A stretch of 18,663 nt of DNA from a candidate division FCPU426 bacterium (GCA_030637655.1 DAOWGI010000042.1:1-18663), one strand, 5' to 3'. Positions 8,635-16,495 are shown, counted from the first letter of the stretch. Numbers and translations: made by a program. Notes: a model not told the origin generated them from the sequence alone.

Positions 8635-9575
8635 TGAGAATGACTACGCGCATGGGGAAATACCTATTCATTATGCTATTGGCAGGAGTGGTTGCTGTTT
8701 CCACCCAGGCTTTTGCGAAGGATGACAAAGATCAATTGGCAGGTCCGCCGGAAAAGAAAGAAGAGGCCAAAGCGGATGACCAGGATGTGGTTATTCGTGG
8801 TGTGCAGCGCCTGAAAGTAAAAGTGGAAAAACCGGAACCGGATTTGATTTTTGATGTGGATGAAATTGCAGTTCCTTATGTGGTGACCGAGAGCAGTGTT
8901 TTGGATGTTTCGCCGACCTCTATGGCGTATCCTGCCATCTCAGTTCCCGGTGAATTAAAAGCTGAGCAAGCTGCTTCACCGTATATACAACTGTTTCGTC
9001 GTCCCCCAATATTGACCCTAAATCCGCGCTATAAAGGAAATGTCGGTATTGCCAAATGGCGTCTGCGTATTACGGACAGTTTTGGAAACGTATTTAAAGA
9101 TTATTCCGGCAAAAGCTCCTTGCCAAAACGGATTGTGTGGGATGGAAAAGGCAAAGGAAAAAAAGGAATGCTGGATGTAGGGACTTCCTACTCCTATATT
9201 TTTTCCATCATTGATGTGGCTTCCAACCCGACCAGTCATATGGGAAAACCCATTGTATTGGAATCCTTGATGTACGAAAAAGACGGCCTGCTTATTGCCA
9301 AAGTTGTGGCAGATGCGATTTTTGAGAAAAAAGGGCGTAAGACGATTATCAGTCAGAAAGGCAAATTATATTTGAAAGAAGTTGCCGATTTATTAGTCCA
9401 CCATCAGCGATATCCTTTGGTGGTGGAGTCTTATTTTAAAGATGTGGATGATGCGAATTATAGGGGTGAAAAGATTCAGGAATATTTGGCAAAAATGTTA
9501 GTGATACCGAAAAAACGTATACAGATAGTAGCGCGGAAATCGCGTTTGAAAAAATTGGTATTCAAAATAAAGTAG
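8631..9575 (+). CDS. Exported hypothetical protein: TonB-box-like N-terminus, FlgD-Ig-like domain, degenerate OmpA_C-like domain
   Basis: The GTG start overlaps the tonB stop (GTGA), but the true start may be a nearby ATG. Signal peptide ending in AFA. 'DVVIRG' at 8784-8801. 'WRLRITDSFG...YSG....P..IVWDGK'. C-terminal 'F.......LKEVADLL......VVESY......RG..I.EYL....IP..RI' resembles the OmpA_C pattern without GHTD. Confidence 0.7.
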   Translation: MMRMTTRMGKYLFIMLLAGVVAVSTQAFAKDDKDQLAGPPEKKEEAKADDQDVVIRGVQRLKVKVEKPEPDLIFDVDEIAVPYVVTESSVLDVSPTSMAYPAISVPGELKAEQAASPYIQLFRRPPILTLNPRYKGNVGIAKWRLRITDSFGNVFKDYSGKSSLPKRIVWDGKGKGKKGMLDVGTSYSYIFSIIDVASNPTSHMGKPIVLESLMYEKDGLLIAKVVADAIFEKKGRKTIISQKGKLYLKEVADLLVHHQRYPLVVESYFKDVDDANYRGEKIQEYLAKMLVIPKKRIQIVARKSRLKKLVFKIK

Positions 9576-9619
9576 GGGCGTATTGCAATACGCCCCTACA
9601 GGCGTATCGCGATACGCCT
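9572..9619. repeat. Tandem REP-like palindromes
   Basis: Perfect 28-nt GTAGGGGCGTATTGCAATACGCCCCTAC (9572-9599) directly followed by perfect 20-nt AGGCGTATCGCGATACGCCT (9600-9619). Confidence 0.85.
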
Positions 9620-9621
9620 CA

Positions 9622-9750
9622 TAACATGGCCTTCGGGGCGGGGTGCAAGTCCCCACCGGCGGTAATAGTCCGCGAGTCCTTGTGATATAAGGATTGATCC
9701 GGTGAAATTCCGGAACCGACCGTGAAAGTCGGGATGGGAGAAGGTACGCA
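9622..9750 (+). ncRNA. FMN riboswitch (RFN element) aptamer
   Basis: Matches the RFN consensus blocks: CTTCGGGGCGGGGTGCAAGTCCCCACCGGCGGT..AGTCCGCGA...TGATCCGGTGAAATTCCGGAACCGACCGT.AAAGTCGGGATGGGAGAAGG. P1 pairs CCTTC 9630-9634 with GAAGG 9740-9744. It lies upstream of ribD. Confidence 0.96.
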
Positions 9751-9775
9751 ATAATATTTTATATTGCTATTTTTG

Positions 9776-9810
9776 AACCCCGAAGCTAATATAGCTTTCG
9801 GGGTTTTTTT
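9776..9810 (+). terminator. Intrinsic terminator (riboswitch expression platform)
   Basis: Stem AACCCCGAAGCTA-ATA-TAGCTTTCGGGGTT with one bulge, followed by a T7 tract. Confidence 0.9.
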
Positions 9811-10968
9811 ATGACGGTTCCTACAGATCGTAAATACATGCAAATGGCCTTGGCTTTGGCAAAACGTGGTATGCCGCGAACCTGGCCTAATCCCATGGTC
9901 GGGGTGCTGATTGTCAAAGGCCGGAGAATTGTTGCGCGCGGATGGCATCATTGCTGTGGTGGTCCGCATGCTGAGATTCATGCGCTGAAAAATGCCGGAT
10001 CAAGAGCTTATGCTGCAACCATGTATTTAAATTTGGAACCCTGCGCGCATCATGGGAAAACACCACCTTGCGCGCACGCTGTAGCCAAGGCCGGCATTAA
10101 ACGAGTGGTTTGCGCCATGCAGGATCCCAATCCAAAGGTAGCTGGGAAAGGATTTGCCTACTTGCGAAAAGCAGGTGTCGAGGTACAGGTGGGATTAATG
10201 CGAACCGAAGCACAGGTCTTGAATCGTGTTTTTTTAAAACTGCTGGCAACGGATTTGCCCTATGTGGTGAATAAAACGGCACTTTCTCTGGATGGTAAAA
10301 TCGCTTGTTTTAACGGAAAATCACGCTGGATATCGGGTTTGGCGGCCAGGAAATATGCGCATCAATTGCGTTCTACGGCGGATGCCATTGTGGTGGGAGC
10401 GCAGACTGTGTTTCAAGACAATCCGGAATTAAATATTCGTTTGGTTCCAAATCCCCGTCAACGTATGCCATTGCGTGTGCTGCTGGAAGGGAAACGTAGA
10501 ATACCATTGAATATTAAAATGATGAAAAATAGTCAGCGACAAAATATTGTGATCGCTTCCACACACTCTCCGCTCTCTGCGAAAAAGTACCCGGACGGTG
10601 TCCGGCTCTGGACATTTAAGCAGGCCTCTAAACGTGTGCCGATCGGGGCGCTTTTGCGCCGTTTGCGAAAAAACGGGGTAAATTTTGTTTTGGTTGAAGG
10701 TGGCGCGGATATTCATGCTGCTTTCCTGGGCTTAGCCGGATCCAAAACTCAGGTTTACTCGGATGAAATACATATGGTCTTAGCGCCAAAACTAATAGGC
10801 AACAAAAATGCTTTGGGACCTATAGGAGGAAAAGGTGTGTCTGATCCGAATCGTGCCTTGCTGCTGGAGGACCTGCAGTTGGAGTTATTAGGTTCGGATA
10901 TTCTGATTAAAGCCAAACCAGTCAAGCCAAGGCTGTGTAAGCCAAAAACGCGAAAAGGAAAAGGATAA
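9811..10968 (+). CDS. ribD: Bifunctional pyrimidine deaminase/reductase RibD
   Basis: 'PNPMVG', 'HAE', 'LEPCAHHGKTPPC', 'DPNP.VAG.G', 'SLDGKIA...G.SRWIS', 'DNP.L..R', 'VLVEGG'. Confidence 0.96.
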   Translation: MTVPTDRKYMQMALALAKRGMPRTWPNPMVGVLIVKGRRIVARGWHHCCGGPHAEIHALKNAGSRAYAATMYLNLEPCAHHGKTPPCAHAVAKAGIKRVVCAMQDPNPKVAGKGFAYLRKAGVEVQVGLMRTEAQVLNRVFLKLLATDLPYVVNKTALSLDGKIACFNGKSRWISGLAARKYAHQLRSTADAIVVGAQTVFQDNPELNIRLVPNPRQRMPLRVLLEGKRRIPLNIKMMKNSQRQNIVIASTHSPLSAKKYPDGVRLWTFKQASKRVPIGALLRRLRKNGVNFVLVEGGADIHAAFLGLAGSKTQVYSDEIHMVLAPKLIGNKNALGPIGGKGVSDPNRALLLEDLQLELLGSDILIKAKPVKPRLCKPKTRKGKG

Positions 10969-10972
10969 GAGT

Positions 10973-11614
10973 ATGTTTACCGGCCTTACTTCTGAAGTTG
11001 GCGCGATTCAGAAAATAAGACCTCAATCGGGTATTGTGAATTTGACGTTATATGCTCCGAAGCTGAGCGCAACGGGAGTAAAATTCGGTGATTCCATTGC
11101 CATGAACGGAATTTGTTTGACGGTAGTGGAATTGCACGCTAAGGGTTTTACTGTGCAAGTCATGCAGGAAACAGTAAAGCACACCACCTTGGGAAACTGG
11201 CAAGTGGGCGATGCGATTAATCTGGAACGAGCACTGACTTTTGCTGATCGCTTGGACGGTCATCTGGTGAATGGTCACGTGGATGGGACGGCAATAATTC
11301 ATGACATACGTAAAGAAGGAGCAGCTCAACAAGTGGTTTTATCAGCCACCAACGACGTGCATCGGTATATTGCGAAAAAAGGCTCTGTGGCCATTGATGG
11401 TGTGAGTCTGACTGTGTCGGAAATCGCCGAAGCAAATCGGTTTACGGTGGCTCTGATTCCGCATACTCTGGTAGAGACGAATTTGCAGTTCTTGAAACCC
11501 GGAAAACGGGTAAATGTTGAAGTTGATATTATTGCCCGATATTTGGAACGCTTGACGCAGTCAACAACCCGATCCGGATTAACCCTGGAAAAATTACGCG
11601 AATATGGTTTTTGA
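10973..11614 (+). CDS. ribE: Riboflavin synthase (alpha chain; named ribE or ribC depending on nomenclature)
   Basis: N-terminal MFTG, 'GDSIAMNGICLTV', 'NLERAL...RLDGHLV.GHVDG', 'KGSVAIDGVSLTV', 'LIPHT', 'VNVEVD..ARY'. Confidence 0.96.
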   Translation: MFTGLTSEVGAIQKIRPQSGIVNLTLYAPKLSATGVKFGDSIAMNGICLTVVELHAKGFTVQVMQETVKHTTLGNWQVGDAINLERALTFADRLDGHLVNGHVDGTAIIHDIRKEGAAQQVVLSATNDVHRYIAKKGSVAIDGVSLTVSEIAEANRFTVALIPHTLVETNLQFLKPGKRVNVEVDIIARYLERLTQSTTRSGLTLEKLREYGF

Positions 11615-11642
11615 AGTATTATTATCAAAATTAAAAATCAGC

Positions 11643-11751
11643 AACCACGGATGAACACCGATTAACACGGATTTTAAAAGCTGTTTCATCATATTTATTG
11701 TTTTTGCATTTTTTAGACCTTATCAGTGTTTATCCGTGTTCATCTGTGGTT
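11643..11751. repeat. Long inverted repeat with 10-bp internal periodicity (AACAC.GAT type)
   Basis: AACCACGGATGAACACCGATTAACACGGAT (11643-11672) versus ATCAGTGTTTATCCGTGTTCATCTGTGGTT (11722-11751), 26/30 complementary, with an AT-rich loop. Confidence 0.8.
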
Positions 11752-11800
11752 ATTTAGGTTTTTAAAGGGTTTAATAGGATGGTAAGGAGGGTAGTACAGC

Positions 11801-13000
11801 ATGAACAGAATTGAAGAAGCAATTCAGGATATTCGTAAAGGTCGTATGATTGTTGTGGTGGATGACGCAAATCGCGAGAATGAGGGTGATTTGGTTATGG
11901 CCGCGGAAAAAGTAACCCCGCAAGCAATAAATTTCATGGCCAAGCACGGAAGAGGTTTAATATGTATGCCGATGCTGCCTGAACGTTTGGATGCGCTTAA
12001 TTTAAGCAGTATGGTAAGCGAGAATACGGATCGTTTGAGAACGGCTTTTACTGTTTCTGTGGATGCGCGGGAAGGAATCAGTACTGGAATATCCGCCCAG
12101 GATCGGGCCGAAACAGTAAAAATACTTATTGATCCCAAAACTGAGCCGGCTGATTTGGTAAGACCAGGGCATATATTTCCGTTGCGGGCACGTGAAGGTG
12201 GAGTGCTGGTTCGGGCCGGGCATACTGAGGCGGCGGTTGACTTGTCACGCTTGGCCGGCCTGACTCCGGCTGGTGTGATTTGTGAAATTATGAACAATGA
12301 TGGGACCATGGCCAGAATGCCGGAATTGAAACGGTTTGTTAAGCGGCATAAATTGAAAATCATCAGTATTGCCGATTTGATCAAGTACCGAAGAAAAAAA
12401 GAGAAGTTGGTGGAAAGAAGGGCGCAAGCCAATCTGCAAACGCGGTGGGGAACCTTTAAAGTGATTGCTTATGAATCAACCGGAGAAGATGGACCACATT
12501 TGGCGCTGGTAAAGGGTGATTTTATGAACTCGCGAAAGCTGCCCTATGTTCGTGTTCATTCAGAGTGCTTAACCGGTGATGTTTTTGGTTCACTCCGGTG
12601 TGATTGTGGAGATCAATTGCATGAAGCCATGCGACGTATCGAAAAACATGGGCTGGGCGTTGTGCTGTATATGCGCCAGGAAGGAAGAGGCATAGGACTG
12701 GTAAATAAATTAAAAGCCTATTACTTACAGCAAGCGGTCGGATTAGATACTGTGGAAGCCAATGAAAGGCTCGGTTTTGCTCCTGACTTGCGGGACTATG
12801 GAACAGGAGCTCAGATACTGGCTGATTTGGGCCTGAAGCGGATAGCCTTGATGACCAATAATCCGCGCAAAATAATAGGCTTGGAGGGGTATGGTATAAA
12901 AATAGTGAAGCGGATACCTCTTCAAGTAAAGTATTCAGAGGAGAACATTAGATACATTAAAACCAAAAAAAACAAACTAGGTCATATTTTAGAAATTTAG
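11801..13000 (+). CDS. ribBA: Bifunctional DHBP synthase / GTP cyclohydrolase II
   Basis: AAGGAGG RBS. '[11 protein letters not shown]', 'RPGHIFPL', 'RAGHTEA'. GCH-II motifs '[20 protein letters not shown]', 'QEGRGIGL', 'RDYG', 'MTNNP'. Both domains look intact. Confidence 0.97.
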   Translation: MNRIEEAIQDIRKGRMIVVVDDANRENEGDLVMAAEKVTPQAINFMAKHGRGLICMPMLPERLDALNLSSMVSENTDRLRTAFTVSVDAREGISTGISAQDRAETVKILIDPKTEPADLVRPGHIFPLRAREGGVLVRAGHTEAAVDLSRLAGLTPAGVICEIMNNDGTMARMPELKRFVKRHKLKIISIADLIKYRRKKEKLVERRAQANLQTRWGTFKVIAYESTGEDGPHLALVKGDFMNSRKLPYVRVHSECLTGDVFGSLRCDCGDQLHEAMRRIEKHGLGVVLYMRQEGRGIGLVNKLKAYYLQQAVGLDTVEANERLGFAPDLRDYGTGAQILADLGLKRIALMTNNPRKIIGLEGYGIKIVKRIPLQVKYSEENIRYIKTKKNKLGHILEI

Positions 13001-13041
13001 GCGCTTACAAATGAAATTCTTTACAAAAATGGAAAGAAAAT

Positions 13042-13134
13042 TAACCGCCGATGAACGCAAATAAACGCAGATATTTATAGCCTAATGGATAAAAAAGATT
13101 TTAATTTGCGTGTATCCGCGTGTATCGGCGGCTA
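13042..13134. repeat. Second long inverted repeat of the 10-bp-periodic family (AACGCAGAT variant)
   Basis: TAACCGCCGATGAACGCAAATAAACGCAGAT ... ATTTGCGTGTATCCGCGTGTATCGGCGGCTA. It is followed by TTTGGTTCCGGTTTGTCCGGGTTAGG, possibly the end of another repeat. Confidence 0.75.
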
Positions 13135-13174
13135 AATTTGGTTCCGGTTTGTCCGGGTTAGGGAAGGTGAAATA

Positions 13175-14350
13175 ATGCATTCGAATAAGTTGGGTCGGAT
13201 ACCTCCGTATATTTTAGCGAAAGTTGTCGCCGAAACCAAAGCCGCTCGCGGTCAGGGGGAAGATATTATTGATTTTGGTATGGGCAATCCGGATATGGCG
13301 ACTCCTCAGCATATTGTAGATAAACTGGTTGAGGCAGTCTCCAAACCGCAAAATCATCGTTATTCCGTTTCACGTGGTGTCTACAAACTTAGAGAAGCGA
13401 TTTGTAAATGGTATGAGCGCAGGTATGCGGTTGAATTAAATCCGGATACGGAGGCGATTGCCACCATTGGAGCCAAAGAAGGTGTTTCCCATTTTATGCT
13501 AGCTTTACTCAATCCCGGCGATACGGTTATTGTGCCTACGCCCTGTTATCCGATACATGCGTATTCCGTTGTGTTGGCGGAAGGAAATGTCATTGGTATT
13601 CCGTTTCAGCCGGGTGAAGATCTTTTTCCGCGTATTGAAGCGGTGTGCAAAAATTCCTGGCCAAAACCCAAAGCGATTATTTTATCCTATCCTCACAATC
13701 CTACCGGATCGATTGTGGATTTGTCTTTTTTCGAGAAGGTGGTTGATTTGGCCCGGAAAGAAAATTTGTTGGTGATACATGACCACGCCTATGCGGAATT
13801 GTGTTTTGGTGATTACAAATCCCCCAGTCTGCTGCAGGTTCCGGGAGCCAAGGAATTGGGCGTAGAGTTTTATTCTGTCTCCAAAACCTATAATATGGCG
13901 GGCTGGCGTATTGGTTTCATGGTTGGGAACGCGAAAGCAGTGGGTATTTTAACCAGAATTAAAAGTTATTTGGATTACGGCATGTTTGCGCCGATTCAGA
14001 TTGCCGGGATATGTGCTCTGAACGGTCCGCAAGCGTGCGTGGCCAATATTGTGGACACTTACCGTTCCCGGCGTGATGTGTTAGTGGACGGATTAAATAA
14101 GCTGGGATGGGAAGTTTCCAAACCCGAAGCCACCATGTTTGTCTGGGCGCAAATTCCGGAAAAATTCCGCCATATGACATCGGTTGATTTTGCTATGAAA
14201 TTATTAGCAGAGGCCAAAATTGCGGTTTCCCCGGGCGCGGGATTTGGTGAAGGCGGTGAAGGATATGTTCGCTTTGCTTTGATTGAGAATGAAAAACGAA
14301 CACAGCAGGCCTTGCGCGGTATCAAAAAAATGTTTGCGGAAAAGACGTAG
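13175..14350 (+). CDS. alaC: Class I/II PLP aminotransferase, AlaC (YfdZ)-like alanine transaminase
   Basis: 'PPY...AAR..GEDIIDFGMGNPD.ATP.HIV.KL', 'YS.SRG', 'YPIH.Y', PLP lysine motif 'SVSKTYNMAGWRIG', 'RIKSYLDYG.F.PIQ', and 'VRFALIENE.R..QA.RGIK.MF' all follow E. coli AlaC as I recall it. Confidence 0.85.
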   Translation: MHSNKLGRIPPYILAKVVAETKAARGQGEDIIDFGMGNPDMATPQHIVDKLVEAVSKPQNHRYSVSRGVYKLREAICKWYERRYAVELNPDTEAIATIGAKEGVSHFMLALLNPGDTVIVPTPCYPIHAYSVVLAEGNVIGIPFQPGEDLFPRIEAVCKNSWPKPKAIILSYPHNPTGSIVDLSFFEKVVDLARKENLLVIHDHAYAELCFGDYKSPSLLQVPGAKELGVEFYSVSKTYNMAGWRIGFMVGNAKAVGILTRIKSYLDYGMFAPIQIAGICALNGPQACVANIVDTYRSRRDVLVDGLNKLGWEVSKPEATMFVWAQIPEKFRHMTSVDFAMKLLAEAKIAVSPGAGFGEGGEGYVRFALIENEKRTQQALRGIKKMFAEKT

Positions 14351-14374
14351 GGGCGCACCAGCCGGTCGCCCTAC
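14347..14374. repeat. GTAG...CTAC REP-like palindrome between convergent genes
   Basis: GTAGGGGCGCACCAGCCGGTCGCCCTAC, imperfect. It contains both flanking stop codons. Confidence 0.75.
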
Positions 14375-16101
14375 AATGAATTATTCATAGGCAAATTGTT
14401 TATTTTCGGTACGTTTACCAAGGGCAGTGTGAACCAAAAACGACTACCTTGATTTATTCTGCTTTCGACCTCAATGTTTGAACCGTGTGATTCCAGAATT
14501 TCCTTCACGATTGATAAACCCAGACCAGTACCTACATATTTGCGCGTGGAGGAAGAATCAACCTGATAGAAACGTTGGAAGATTTTTTTGATGGATTTTT
14601 TAGGGATTCCGACTCCTGTGTCCAGGATACTGATTTCCAAGGTTTCCGGTTGCGATTGCTCGTAGGCCTGTGAAGAAGCGATCAACTTGATCCGGACTTT
14701 TATAGAACCGCGTTCGGTAAACTTGATTGCATTGGAAATGAGATTTTGTAATACTTGCTGGATTTTTTGACGATGAATTCTTACCAAACCCGGCCCTGCC
14801 GGACTTTCGTGAATTAATTTTAATCCCTTGGCTTTGGCCATCTCGCTGGTGTCGGCAATAACATTGTCTACCAGTTCCGGCATTGCCACCACTTCCATAT
14901 TTTTTAAAAGCATCTTTTGATCCTGGATACGGGCCAATGTTAATAGGTCGTTAATCAGGTTAAGTAAATTGTTGACATTTCTACTGACAATACGCAATTT
15001 GTCTTTTTGGTCTTCAGTTAAGGTTCCGATTTTATCGTTTAAAAACAGCTCTGTGTATGTTTTAATGGAGGTGATGGGTGTTCTTAATTCATGAGAGACA
15101 TTGGAAAGAATCCTGTTTTTAAACCGGTCCATTTCCCGCAAATCTTTATTGACCTCTTCACGTTCCTTGATTTTAAGTTGCAGTTCAATGTACAACAGCG
15201 CGTTTTCAACAGCAATGCCGAGTTCGCTGCCAATGCGAATCAGTTGATCCGGATCTTTGAAGTGGAGATGATTTTTTTGACTGCCGGCAATGGCCAAAAC
15301 ACCGACGATACGTTTTTTCGAACGCAGCGGGATCAGCAGCAAATCCCGGACAATATCCAAAGGTTCTTTTTTTATGGCCTGCAGATGGCAGGATACATTA
15401 CGTAGCAGTAATGGTTTGCCGGAAGCATAGGTTTTTTTAAGCAGGGCATCGGCAAAGGAGAACTCACGAAGCTTGGGAAGTAAGTGTTCCGGAACACCGG
15501 AATGCGAAATAAGGTTGAGTTTTTTTAATTGGGGATCGTAAACGTATATCCAGCCGCAACTCATTTGCATCATCTGCAAAATTTCACGCAACCCGCGGTC
15601 CAAAAAAGTATTAAGGTCAATGGATTGGTTGATGATGCTGGTAATCTCGTTTAAAAAGGAGAGCTTACGCGTTTCGCACTGGATTTCTTCATTGCGCGTA
15701 ACCAGCGTCTGTACCATATGGTTGAATGACTGGGTTAGGCGGCCAATCTCATCTTGCGAGCGTACGGCTAACGGTTCAGCCAAGAGACCGGTTTCGAAAA
15801 GTTTGATGCCGTCTTCCAATTCTTCCAGAGGACGCACCACTTGATAAACAAAAAACAGGCCCAGACTAAGTGTGAACAACAGAGGACCGACTAGTAATAA
15901 TAACAGGATCCAACCGGTGTTCCCGTGGGTATATGATATACTGGTGCGGAAAGATAAAAATGTGAAAAATACAAAATTTATGGCAACGAAAGCCAATATA
16001 ATAAATAATAATTTATTCCATATTTTTTTTGGAAACAATAACGAGAATCTAATTATATTCCGGAAGTTATCCCGGAGTTGTCGAAGCAGCATTCGGATCA
16101 T
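14371..16101 (-). CDS. Sensor histidine kinase (2 TM - HAMP - GAF - HisKA - HATPase_c)
   Basis: HAMP 'RPL..L...DEIGRL..SFN.M'. GAF 'LLLIPLRSKKRIVGVL...LGIAVENALLY'. H-box 'SHELRTP', N-box 'NLISNAIKFT', G1 'DTGVGI', G2 'GTGLGLSIV'. Confidence 0.95.
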   Translation of the reverse strand: MIRMLLRQLRDNFRNIIRFSLLFPKKIWNKLLFIILAFVAINFVFFTFLSFRTSISYTHGNTGWILLLLLVGPLLFTLSLGLFFVYQVVRPLEELEDGIKLFETGLLAEPLAVRSQDEIGRLTQSFNHMVQTLVTRNEEIQCETRKLSFLNEITSIINQSIDLNTFLDRGLREILQMMQMSCGWIYVYDPQLKKLNLISHSGVPEHLLPKLREFSFADALLKKTYASGKPLLLRNVSCHLQAIKKEPLDIVRDLLLIPLRSKKRIVGVLAIAGSQKNHLHFKDPDQLIRIGSELGIAVENALLYIELQLKIKEREEVNKDLREMDRFKNRILSNVSHELRTPITSIKTYTELFLNDKIGTLTEDQKDKLRIVSRNVNNLLNLINDLLTLARIQDQKMLLKNMEVVAMPELVDNVIADTSEMAKAKGLKLIHESPAGPGLVRIHRQKIQQVLQNLISNAIKFTERGSIKVRIKLIASSQAYEQSQPETLEISILDTGVGIPKKSIKKIFQRFYQVDSSSTRKYVGTGLGLSIVKEILESHGSNIEVESRINQGSRFWFTLPLVNVPKINNLPMNNSL

Positions 16102-16107
16102 GAATGT

Positions 16108-16136
16108 ATTTTATTTCTAAATGCATAAAATTGCAA
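16108..16136 (-). promoter_or_regulatory. Putative sigma70 promoter for the kinase gene
   Basis: Minus strand TTGCAA - 17 nt - TAAAAT, then 6 nt before the ATG. Confidence 0.55.
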
Positions 16137-16256
16137 GGACAGCTATAAGAAAAATTGCGCACGGTCCTGTTTTCCTCCAGTTGCAGCCGGGTGTCATTCA
16201 CGACCGAGCCAATGAGTTCATGACCATCTTGACCACCACTAACAGACAGCAGGGAA

Positions 16257-16281
16257 GTAGAGACGCGATTAATCGCGTCTC
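16257..16281. repeat. GTAG-family REP-like palindrome
   Basis: GTAGAGACGCGATTAATCGCGTCTC. The core 16260-16281 is a perfect palindrome and the right CTAC end is degenerate. Confidence 0.75.
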
Positions 16282-16345
16282 GTAAGCATAGCGGGTTTAA
16301 TTTGGATCATAGCCGGTCGGTAAAGATGTAAATGATACCAAAAAC

Positions 16346-16374
16346 GTAGAGACAAGGCATTGCCTTGTCTCTAC
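16346..16374. repeat. GTAG...CTAC REP-like palindrome
   Basis: GTAGAGACAAGGCA-T-TGCCTTGTCTCTAC, with perfect 14-bp arms. Confidence 0.85.
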
Positions 16375-16495
16375 TTAAGCATTTACGGCTTTGGTCTGAA
16401 CCTGCACTTGCACCAGCTACAGCTCGTGGTTCACCGGAATCCGTCATTCCGGATAATATTTATGAGCCATTTTATGATAACATCCAGCGCAATCC

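Noticed and set aside
5667-9575. Canonical Tol-Pal operon
   Set aside because: There is no TolB beta-propeller and no Pal lipoprotein. There are two ExbD/TolR copies, and the transducer has a TonB_C-type domain.
9619-9981. 120-aa minus-strand ORF
   Set aside because: It is antisense to the FMN riboswitch and ribD and has no recognisable motifs.
11824-12432. 202-aa antisense ORF and the other short nested ORFs in the track
   Set aside because: These are shadow frames of well-supported genes with no independent signals.
16257-16374. Possible CRISPR mini-array
   Set aside because: Only two units, with different cores, each self-palindromic. No cas genes. Fits the REP family seen elsewhere in the window.
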